Source: Macrostomum lignano (taxonomy: Eukaryota). Taken from it: DNA of 64,000 nt. The position numbers and the translations under genes were made by a program. Below are positions 1-10,900 of the stretch, one piece after another. Under the pieces are notes generated by a model. The model had not been told where the DNA came from and did no database searches. It saw only the letters and a list, made by a program, of their open reading frames with translations. Position 1 is the stretch's first letter, and each line of letters begins with the position of its first letter. The stretch lies in NCBI GenBank assembly GCA_002269645.1, contig NIVC01000023.1:1178001-1242000 (forward strand), written 5' to 3'.

Positions 1-37
1 CCCTATTAAGTAATACTATTGCTTTTAATTCTCATAG

Positions 38-3000
38 ATTCGTTCATCAGCAAGAGGAGTCTGCAAGTCTGCAAACCGGTAAACGCAGACCTTTGTCAGA
101 ATTTTTCATAGCTAGATTGAGTGTGTGTAAAGATTTTCCTTTTAAACTTTTCAAGCGACTAGCCGGTAGCGCGCCCCGGTTTTACTTTTGCTTTATACTT
201 GCATTGAAATTTTCAGTTACTTTGATTTCAACTTCGTTGCACTGTTGATCCATGTAGTATTATCGCGCATGCATTTCTAAATAAATATTAACGTAATGGA
301 CTCAAGGTAAGCCAAACCCAACCATTTCAGACATTCCGACCGGCGTTATTGCTTTTCATCGACGCGTTCGTGGCCGAAGTGTTGTCAGTCGAAGAGGCGA
401 AACGAGCCACATCCGGTCAGGCCTTCGATCCCAGAGCGGGCGATCTTTTCAACAAGCTGATCATGAACATCTTGTGAGTGACCTTCACTCTCTTCTTTGC
501 TCATGAGATGTTTTTGGCGCCGTCTACCTGTGCTTTGTAGCTTGAAGTTGAGGGTTCGAAACCTTAATTTTACGTTGCATCAAAAGCGGTCAACATCAAT
601 TCAGCGATCAAATCGCACGACTGCTGTACGAAAGGAAGCCGATATACTCAAACAGACCGTGTCCTTTCAAAAATTGGTCTCTACTTGATGGCTGTGTAAC
701 GACGCTTATTGAGCACACTAAGCCTTTATATTCAGGAAGCCAATATATCCACTAGATTCATAATTTGTAGGTAGTTATAGGTAATTGAAATCTGTTAACT
801 CGATCGGTAGCTAAGATAATCGTAATAAAATCCTCCATATTGATTCGCGTTTTTTCTAGCCAATCGCCCGGAAAGGCGATGCTCCGGCAGATACCAATGC
901 AGCTCAAGCTGCTCGAAATTCTGCTTCTAGCCGTTCGCAGCCTAAGCTTAACTATTCTCGTGAGCGGCTGGCGGTGCGACATGTTTAACTGGCCGGACCT
1001 GACTGACCAGCTACCTGCTGTCCTTGACGCAATGGTTCAGTGTGTGCGACAGCCAGTTATTACACTCGACACTTTGAACTATGGAAGCATGTTTCTTAGA
1101 ATACCGCTAGATTTCATCGACAATGTGGTGTAAGATTGGCGCATTCATGTTTTAAATTTTATTTCAGCCTAGTTGGCAAAAATTGGCATCTCTGGAAGTA
1201 GAAAACAGATTTACCGTATGGTCTGACCGCAAGTCACATAGAAAGGAAGTATGCACGACCTATGCTCTGCTGTAGTGCTGGACTTAGGCCTAACAAAGAA
1301 TTACTTGGAAGCTTCCAAGAGGTAATTTGATCAAGACGCTAATTTTCATTGACAGGAGGACCTCGCCAGAAACCATTTGCAATCTGCTTGAGAAATTTCG
1401 TCCACTTCTGGAAACCTGCCTTGAAAATGAATTGGCTACAGTCGACGTAACTGGCAGTGACACCTTGACTCTGGAAGGCCAAATACTGCACTCTGTTGTT
1501 GTTAGTCTAACCGCTGGATTCCAACAAGCTGCGAAGGTAAAAATAACTTCATTCAGCCCATGCTACGAAGCATTTTACTACAAAAGTTACGTTCGTAAAG
1601 CTAAAAAATTAGATTGAAAATTCGCACCTGCAGCTAGTGACAATCAACAAGGACCTATTTCCTCTGTACACCAAAGCCGTGGACAGGTTCTTCAGCAGCT
1701 CACGGGGCGACATGGCTACCGGAGTTTTGCTGGGGCTTAACAATTGCCTTGGCAACAGCTCAGATACCGTGTTTGCTTTTCTGCTGCATCTACCTCTTCT
1801 AGTGGATACGTATAAAAGAACGAAGAGAGAGCAACCGGAAATTTACACCGGCTTGGCACCTGGATTGATATGTAAAATTGAAATAGCATCTCTTTACAGA
1901 CACTGTGTAAAATATGAGTATTTCAGAGCATCTCTCCGTACATTCCAGACACTCTGCAAAGCAGTTCACGCAACGAGGTGCCAGACACATTGGCGCAACA
2001 AATTCCACAGCTTATTAGCCTTCAGGATGGCACTCTGAACATTGATACGCAACTGACATATTTGGTGGCACACGCTTGCAAGCACAACAGCAAGCACTGC
2101 CCCGATGAATTACGAGATTACATGCTCAAAATGCTCAAGAAGATAGGAGATCATCAATTTACAGCTCTAGAAGGACTTAGGTTTCTTGGTGAAGATCAGC
2201 GTATTGTGAAGGAAAGCTGCCTAGATACACTGGCAGAAGCGGCCAAGTCCAACATAGTCTCATCATTCCAGCGATGAATACCATTGAAAAGTGCAAATTC
2301 AGTACAGGCAAATTGATGACAGCCATAACTGACGTCGTAAATCATTATCTTGAAAAGGAGTCGGCGACTGAAAAGCTGGCCAGCTGCCTCGCGCTGATGC
2401 GACGTGTCGGAGTCGACAGTCCGCAGCTGCTGGCTGAGCGAGAGTCCGACATCAAGCGCTGGAAGTCAAGCCCGGCTCTGCTCGACGCCTGCAACCACCT
2501 GCTCGATGTGATCGCAAACCGCTCGCTCGTCGGTCTGGAAGGCCAAATCACCGACCAGAGCGACAAGATCGGCGGACTCGAGAGAGACTTGAGCGACACC
2601 GGACACAAAGTCGACGAGGTGTCGGGTCGCGTGGACGAGACCAGAGACGAGCTCGGACAAGTTCGGGGCAGAGTGGACGCGACGGAGGGCCGCGTGGACG
2701 AGCTGAATGTCGCTGTGGGCGTGCTGGGCGAGAAGGTCGAGGAGATCGATCTCAAGGTGAGTCGCTGAGAAGAAGCCTACAGCAGGCTCATATGGTTGAT
2801 AAAGAAGCCAACTCGCAGTTACAACTCCACTCCAGACTCTGAACGCGGCTCCTGCGTGGTCTCGCGAAGTGTCCCGACTGATGAACCCGGAGTCCGACAT
2901 TGACTGGCGACTGCTGGCTCAGAGACTGAACTTCTCGGCCGACGACATTCGAGCATGGGCCACAACTGCGGACCCGTGCATGAGTATGCTGGCCGAGTTC

Positions 3001-4551
3001 TACACAAACAACCGAGCAGCGGAAGCGTCCAAGGCTGTGCTGCAGCAGCTCAAGGAGATGAACCGTCTTGACGCAGCGGCCATTGTCGAGGCGTCCATTC
3101 TGAACGCAGGTGAGTACGAGCTATCTGAGCTTGATGCTCAGAGCTGAATCGAGACCACTCGTTGCTCAATTGAATATCTGAAATCGTATCGGAGCTAGCT
3201 GCTCGCCGTTTCCATTCAGAGTCCGCTGCCTCCGACGACCCGGTCGAGTTCACGGCGCCTCGCAACGTCTTCCTCAGCTATCAGTGGGGCCACCAGGCCG
3301 AGGTGAAGATGCTCAAGCAGCACCTGGAGAAGGCCGGGTATCGCTGCTGGATGGACATTGGCCAGATGGGAGGCGGAGACAAGCTGTTCTCGGCCATCGA
3401 TGCTGGAATTCGGTCAGCCAAGGTGGTCATTGCGTGCGTGACGGACAAGTACTCCAAGTCGGACAACTGCAGACGAGAGGTGAGCGTGTTTATCCTGAGT
3501 TCATCCTTGCAGTAGAGTAGCTACATATGTGCTCACACATACATGTGTCGCTCTCATCTCCAATTTGCAGCTGAACCTGTCCGTGTCGCTGAACAAGCAC
3601 CTGATCCCGGTGCAGCTCGAGCGAGTCTCTTGGCCTCTGGAAGGAGCCATGGAACCTCTGCTGACCGAGTACCTGTACATCCGCTTGTTCGATCGGAGCG
3701 GCAAGGCGTCCGGCTCCGGCGGAGTGTTCTGGCCGCCGGACAAGTTCATGGAGCTGCTGGTTCAGATCCGGTTGGCCGTGGCGCCCGACTACGACTCGGT
3801 GAGTGCAGAGTACGCGAACTGGTGGCAGCCGCCCAGCGCCGACGAGACCATCGTGCTGCCCGACCGGAAGGAGGCCTCCAAGACGGACGCCAAGACCAAG
3901 ACGAGCTCGGCCTCTGCCTCGGCCGACAAGTCTGACTCGGCCGACAGCCGCGACGCTCCGACAGCCGCTCCGCAGGTGTTCCTGTCCTACCAGTGGTCCA
4001 AGCAGTCAGAAGTGAAGGCGCTCTACTCTCGACTCTGCAGTCTCGGCTTCACCTGCTGGATGGACATCTTCCAGATGGGAGGCGGCGACTCGCTCTACGA
4101 GAAGATCGACCGCGGAGTTCGCGGCTGCAGCGTCGTTGTCGCCTTCGTCACTCCCAAGTACGCCGCCTCGCCCAACTGCAGGCGAGAGGTGAGCCTCGCC
4201 GACGCCATCCGCAAGCCGATCGTTCCGGTGATGCTGGAGAAGATGGCGTGGCCGCCCGAGGGTCCGATGTCGATGCCGCTCACGCAGCTCATCTACGTGC
4301 AGATGTACAAGGACGCGGACGACCAGCTGACGTGGCGCGGCGAAAAGTTCGAGGAGCTTCACGCCAGACTGCGGCAAATTGTGCCGGCGCCTGCGGCAGA
4401 GGCTGCAGCTGGTGGACAGGCGAAGAGCGGAACAGAAGCTGCAGAGGCTGGTGTGCCTGCGAGCCTGCCTTCAATGAGCGAGAAGAAGCGGGAGAAGCTG
4501 GCGAGGGTGCAGAGCGCCGCTGGTCGCTCGAAGACATGCGAAATTCTCTGA
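38..4551 (+). CDS. Multi-exon gene (5' incomplete): helical/ARM-like N-terminus, coiled coil, Death domain, two TIR_2-type domains, C-terminal CaaX (CEIL)
   Basis: Phase-consistent exons ~2272-2756 (coiled coil), 2836-3109 (Death-like: DWRLLAQRLNFSADDIRAW), 3220-3479 and 3571-4551 (VFLSYQW...WMDI.QMGGGD...NCRRE twice). Upstream exons (38-78, 331-473, ~605-750, ~861-1129, ~1169-1216, ~1276-1321, ~1355-1536, ~1634-1871, ~1949-2188) are approximate. Confidence 0.85.
2836..3109 (+). CDS. Death-domain exon of the TIR gene
   Basis: ccactccag acceptor, G|gtgagt donor; translation AWSREVSRLMNPESDIDWRLLAQRLNF...LQQLKEMNRLDAAAIVE has the death-fold pattern. Confidence 0.8.
3220..4551 (+). CDS. Tandem TIR exons (3220-3479, 3571-4551)
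   Basis: NVFLSYQWGHQ...SDNCRRE|LNLSVSLNKHLIPV and QVFLSYQWSKQ...SPNCRREVSLADAIRKPIVPV; GT-AG intron 3480-3570 in phase 0. Confidence 0.92.
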
Positions 4552-5866
4552 CTACGATGAGGAATTTAAGTTTTGATGTTAAATCAAATGTTTAGGGTTT
4601 TGAAAGTCGACAATATTGTACTGACAAGTCAAGTATATCCGATTTCGTTATGTTAAGTTCAATTTATTTATTTGAGACAATATTTGACTTCTTTACTGCA
4701 GAAGTAAAATTTAGGACAACTTCTGAAGCAACCACAGAACTAGAGTAACTAGACATGTCAGTTGCAAAGAATGCACTGATCTAAACTTTTCAGATTATAA
4801 AGATAGATACCGACAGACCATTTTTAGTATATGGACTAGCGCCCTAGTCCCCTAGTCAGGTGGATAAACAGTTTGACTCTTGCCCGCTTGTGTCTGACTG
4901 ACCTCTGTCCTTACTGGTCTCTCATTGGCTGAGCTAAACTGGGCCTGCCCCCTAGACTGGGTTTCGTCCGTCCTGCGTATACTTGTGTACATCGAGTTAA
5001 ATGCTTGTTGTTGATTCCTTAACCCCATATGCTCCCGAGGCCGCAAACCCCGGGGTTCAAGAAGGGAAATTTTCAACTGCCACATTTAATTTAAAATACA
5101 CGACTGCAGCGCAGACAAACTAAGCTCGTCGTCGTACCTAAACAATAATAGACGCTGTATTTTTTCACATCTTTAATTATCCTATTACCTGTTAGTCAGC
5201 TCTTTCTCGAGACAATTAAAGGTACATTTATATTTAGTCGGACGAGTTTAGATTACATACACACGAGCGTAGTACTACGTAGGACGTAGTAGTTTTCCTA
5301 CCATTGTAGACATATCGACAGAGACTAGAAGGCTTCGCCAGTAGTCTGTGTCGCCCTTTTTATAGCTCTCTAGGAAAACCACTGAGCATATTTTACTGTT
5401 TTTAATTTTGACGTCAAATTGCACTAACAAGAGAATTAGAAACACAGTCTGTAAAAGCGCCGTTTCCACTGGTTTTTTAATGTCTAATTTCTAATTTATT
5501 GTCGAATTTAATGTCCGGCGTTTTGTCGACTGCCTGCTAGCTGATGCCATGCCGGTGCCCGGACACTACCGGCGGTGCGGCCTACATTCGGGCCAAGGCC
5601 CTGAAACGCGCCCTGTAATATTGTTGTTGTCTTCATGCATGCTTATTCAACCTATCAGATAGGATCCTATAGTTTTTAAGCAAATATATACTGAAAGCAA
5701 ATTATTGTTTACTCAACTATAATAAGTTAACCAAAGCAATGGTCGTGAATATCTGAAAAAATATCGATTTGGCTTTTTCACTTTGTTAGACTACTTCACG
5801 AGTATATACAACTAAACAATAAACTTACTCTACATTGTGTGATTAGGCCCGGTATACGAAGGTCTA

Positions 5867-6240
5867 CGACGTTTGCCTGCCGGACGTTTGCCAGCCGACG
5901 TTTGCCAACGTTACTAAAACCTACCCAAAATATCAAGAAGACGAAGAGCGTTCTTATAGTGAGCAGTAGTTTGTTAGTAACCTGTATATTTAATAGCAGT
6001 AGTAGGGAGCGAGGTGAAATTAGATTAGTGCTATGTCCACAGTTTTCAACTGCAAGTACGTAAGCCAAGAGAGGGCATAACTCTAACCAATTGCCGCCTG
6101 CAAATATCCGGCTGGCAAACGTCGGCTGGCAAACGTCCGGCTGGCAAACATCGGCTGGCAAACGTCGGCTGGCAAATGTCCGGCTGGCAAATGTCCGGCT
6201 GGCAAACGTCGGCTGGCAAGCGTCCCGCTGGCAAACGTCG
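5867..6240. mobile_element. MITE/foldback-like element with inverted blocks of ~14-15 bp subrepeats (CGGCTGGCAAACGTC)
   Basis: GACGTTTGCCAGCCG units at 5867-5911 are the reverse complement of the tandem units at ~6100-6240; no clear TSD. Confidence 0.55.
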
Positions 6241-7369
6241 CTATCCCGGTATGGTGAGGGTGTCCGGAAAAGTTTTGACACTTTTAATACCCAGTGCCGT
6301 TTTGTACACTCTCTGAGCCTTGGGGGCTGGGGCAATCGCACGACAACCCACCCTACTGGCCAATTTTCGTGCACACAAGCCTTAAGCCTCCTGCATTAAG
6401 CAACCACAGCCCGGTTCGAACTAATTACAAATTAACTAAGTAATGCCGCAGAACTTCTTTGACTAATGAAATGAGAGCTCAGGACTACAACAGAAAAAGC
6501 AGTCATTAGTGCTCAAATTTTTAAGGTTAAAGTTGGCCAGAGCTGGTTTCACTCATCAGAGTGACAGCAGAATGACATCAGATTTTATTTAGTCAGTAGA
6601 AAAGCTTAAACTTCTGCTCCGACTTTGTTTTGCTACACTAACAAAGGCACACACACGAGCTAAGGAAGTCATAAAACAGCAAATCACAGATGGAACTAGG
6701 CTTCGATAACGCATATATTAAGTATATCAATGCCGTACTTTCGACTAGCCAACAAAATGCACCAAAATATCGATCTCATTGGCATAATGTCGTATTTTAA
6801 TGAAGCATAATAAACATAAATCTCTAGTCACATGTGCGAATTTGTCACACTTTATATATATGAAAACGAATTAGAAACTATTTGAATTTGCGCCAAAGCC
6901 GGAATTTTTTATTAACGTAAAACTAATAGCAAATTTGAATAATTTATAAAGGAGTGTTGACATCAATGATAGGAGCACGACACATTGCAATAAATAAAGT
7001 GATAGAAGCAGCGAATAGTATACTCAATAATGTAACCAAGGTTCACCTAACAAAATCAATCACAACAAGAATGGAAGATTTCAAGCCATAAAATTCTTGA
7101 TTTAGAATTCTAACAGCAGGATTTAAAACAAAAATATTATTGCTAATAATAACTACATAATCATCTATATACTACAAATTGCAATACTAAAAATAGTTTG
7201 ATGTTTTGCAGATCACTCGATTGACTTATTTTTTTGAGTACATTGATCATCAAGATACAAATTATTTCATTTAAACTTTTACTTGTAGACTGACGAAAAA
7301 AGAATCATTTGTAGGACTAATTTTTGTCTAATGTACTCCTACTTTCAATCTAGTAAATGTACGCATTGT

Positions 7370-7762
7370 GAGTAATCGGCAGGTCTTTCGACTAAAAACT
7401 AGGGCTCCAGCAAGGGTTTCCCTCTTTTAGTCAGGGGCTTAAGCGACATTGTCACACAACCGGCGAGAGGCATTGCTGCCCATTCCGCCGACTCCCCTGA
7501 GCAGGCAAACAAGCGCGCGGATACGTACGCAGTCATACGCACAGGCACACACTCACACATAAGTGTACAGCGGCCCTAACTTTATTTATCGTTAGGCATG
7601 TACACTTCACTGCGCCTTGGGGGGTTGGTTCTCAAACTGGGCGTTAATTGCACGAGCAGAGCCAAGCCGAGATTCCAGTTTAGCCCCAAATTGATGTGAC
7701 TGCACTTGGAATCGAGCCTGGGCCGCTGGCACATCAGAGCGCCGCGCTGGACCACTGGGCCT
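7370..7762 (-). mobile_element. tRNA-derived SINE-like repeat
   Basis: Minus strand has A-box-like AGTGGTCCAGCG and B-box-like GGCTCGATTCC; body is shared with 13405-13730. Confidence 0.65.
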
Positions 7763-7949
7763 GGGGTTTCGCTTTTAGGCCAAGTATAAATTTTATGCCT
7801 AGATAAATTTGTTATAAAATATGCAAATTATACTACTGTCCCGATAGTAGGTACACGTAAGGAAAATATGTGAAAAGTGGTAAGGTGGCAACTTTAGCTA
7901 TATTTTCTGGTTCAGCACAAAATACATCTGTTCCAATACTGCCACTGTC

Positions 7950-10900
7950 TCAAGACCAGACGTCCTCCTTGTACCGGCCTTCAATTCGCATCCGAGCCAG
8001 CAGGTGAGCGGCAGCCGATCCGCCGCCCGACTTTTTCGTCGACGAATCGTCGACTTTGTCGATACCAGGAGCTAGGGCGGCCTCCAGCGCAGCCAGGACG
8101 TCCTTAGCCATGCCAGTGGCATCGCCGCAAACCAATACGCAACAGGTGGATTTGTGCTCGCCTAGTAACAGGCGCCTAATCTCGGCAGCCTCCGTTGCTA
8201 TCCAATTAGTCACGTAGCCTCTGCATTGATCCGATGCCAGCTTAGGAAGCTGGGATTCGTCTAAACGAGAGAAAGCCAGTCGGATCTGCTGCACAGCGCC
8301 AGAATTTTGCAGCACTTCGATCGGTTCGCGGAAAGCGAAATCCCAATCGGGTCGGCGGCAGCCGTGAAGCAGCCAGGCTTCGCCGAGCTGCTGCTCTTTG
8401 GTGTCTCTGAAAAAATGTCAAAAGGTCATTAATTTTTTCTGGTCAATAATTTAAATAGACTAGGGGTCGGACAACTTTTTTTAACTCAAGGGCCGGATTA
8501 AGAATCCAGCTTATGGCTGCTGTTGAGATGAGAGTAGAAAGGAGAGGGAATAGATTATGAAAGACGAGAGAAGAGAGTGAGAGAGAAGAGAGAGAGGGGA
8601 TAGGGGAGAGAGGAGAGAGGAGACGGGAGAGAGGAGAGAAGGGAGAGGGGACAGGGGAGAGAGGAGAGAGGAGAGAGATGAGGGGGAGAGGGGAGAGAGG
8701 AGAGAAGGGAAAGGGGAGAGGAGAAAGGAGAGAGGAGAGGAGAGAGAGGAGAGAAGGGAGAGGGGGGAGAGGGGAGAGGAGAGAGGAGAGGAGAGGGGAG
8801 AGAGGAGAGAAGGGAAAGAGGAGAGGAGAGAAGGGAAAGAGGAGAGGAGAGAGGAGAGGAGAGAGGGGAGAGAGGAGAGAGGGGAGAGGGGAGAGAGTGG
8901 AGAGAGGAGAGAATGGAGAGGGGAGAGAGGAAAGAGAAGAGAGGGAGAGGGGAGAGGGGAGAGAGGAGAGGGGAGAGAGGAGAGGGGAGAGAGGATGGGA
9001 CAGGAGAGAGAGGAGAGAGTCTACGGAAAAGGTTTCTCAGGATTTTTTGATTTTGTTGTAAGCTGTAAAGTGTCTGTTATTAAAGTTGTAAATTTGCTGA
9101 CTTCCAAGACTTGGCGAACAACTGTTTATCTTTAGGTCCAGCTCACCCATTCTCAAGCAGCCGCTGTCGTCTCCAGTCCAGAAAAGCGCAGAGAGGCGCG
9201 CACCCAGTGCCCGGCCCGATCAGCAGCAGCGGCCCGTCGGTCATCTGCGATTCTGTCAGCCGAAAATTGCGATTCTCTCTGCCGTAGACTGGAATGCGAG
9301 CGCCCGGCGATAGGCGTCTCAGCCAGCCTGTGGCCACGCCTTCACGACTAGCTGTGCGACCCGACTCAGCAGGGATGTATACCTCGCTAAAGTACAGTTT
9401 GACGGAGCTAGGCGAACCGTAGTTGGCTAGGGAGTACGGCCGGGCCTGCAGTCTGGAGTGTTCGAGCGGCAGTTTGTGACCCGCCGATTCTGGGACGGGT
9501 TTTTGGCCGATTCTGGGACGGGTTTTTGATCGATTTTGGGACGGGTTTTTTGGCCGATTCTGGGACGGGTTTTTGGCCGATTCTGGGACGGGTTTTTGGC
9601 CGATTCTGGGACGGGTTTTTGGCCGATTCTGGGACGGGTTTTTGGCCGATTCTGGGACGGGTTTTTGGCCGATTCTGGGACGGGTTTTTGGCCGATTCTG
9701 GGACGGGTTTTTGACCGATTCTGGGACGGGTTTTTTGGCCGATTCTGGGACGGGTTTTATGGCCGATTCTGAGACAGGTTTTTTGTTTGATCTGGCTTGT
9801 GTCTGATTCTAGGACGGATTTGTGGGGGATTCTTGGACAGGTTCGTGTCCGATTTTTTCGTCCTAGATTTGAAGAGGGTATTGCTGATACATTCGGAGCG
9901 ATTTTTCCATGACTGTGATGTTTTTACTAATGAATTTTAAAATTCGAATAGTAGGCTGTTTTCACTTGTGAACTTCAGGTGTTTTTTTAATCAAGAATCG
10001 GAAATCATTTATTATACAAATGAGAAACAAAGGAAAGCTCATAAATATCAGGTTGCATTCCATTAAACAGGCCTCACCTAGGCAGGTAGGGCAGCAGGTG
10101 ATCCAGCGGCGGCCGGCAGGACGGGAAATGACGCAGCAGATCCAGTAGGGACAGCCGGGGCCCCAGCAACAGGCGAGTCTTGGCTTCGCTGGTTTGCCTG
10201 AGTTAATAAAAGTTCCAGGTGAGCGCAGGTGCTGACATCAGGGGAGATTCTCAATGTGAATCAGGAGGATTCTCAATGTGAATCAGGGGGATTCTCAATG
10301 TAATCAGGGGGATTCTCAATGTGAATCAGGGGGATTCTCAATGTGAATCAGTGGCGATTGTCAATCAATGTGAATCAGTGCCGATTGTCAATCAATGTGA
10401 ATCAGTGCCGATTGTCAATCAATGTGAATCAGTGCCGATTGTCAATCAATGTGAATCAGTGCCGATTGTCAATCAATGTGAATCAGTGAGGATTCTCAAT
10501 GTGAATCAGTGACGATTCTCAATGTGAATCAGGGGGATTCTCAATGTGAATCAGGGGGATTCTCAATGTGAATCAGGGGGATTCTCAATGTGAATCAGTG
10601 ACGATTCTCAATGTGAATCAGGGGGATTCTCAATGTGAATCAGTGGCGATTGTCAATCAATGTGAATCAGTGGCGATTCTAAATGTGAATCAGTGCCGAT
10701 TGTCAATCAATGTGAATCAGTGGCGATTGTCAATCAATGTGAATCAGTGCCGATTCTCAATGTGAATCAGTGCCGATTGTCAATCAATGTGAATCAGTGA
10801 CGATTCTCAATGTGAATCAGTGGCGATTGTCAATCAATGTGAATCAGTGCCGATTGTCAATCAATGTGAATCAGTGCCGATTGTCAATCAATGTGAATCA

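Noticed and set aside
8678-9061. Arg/Glu/Gly-rich ORF
   Set aside because: Polypurine intronic repeat on the strand opposite MTRR.
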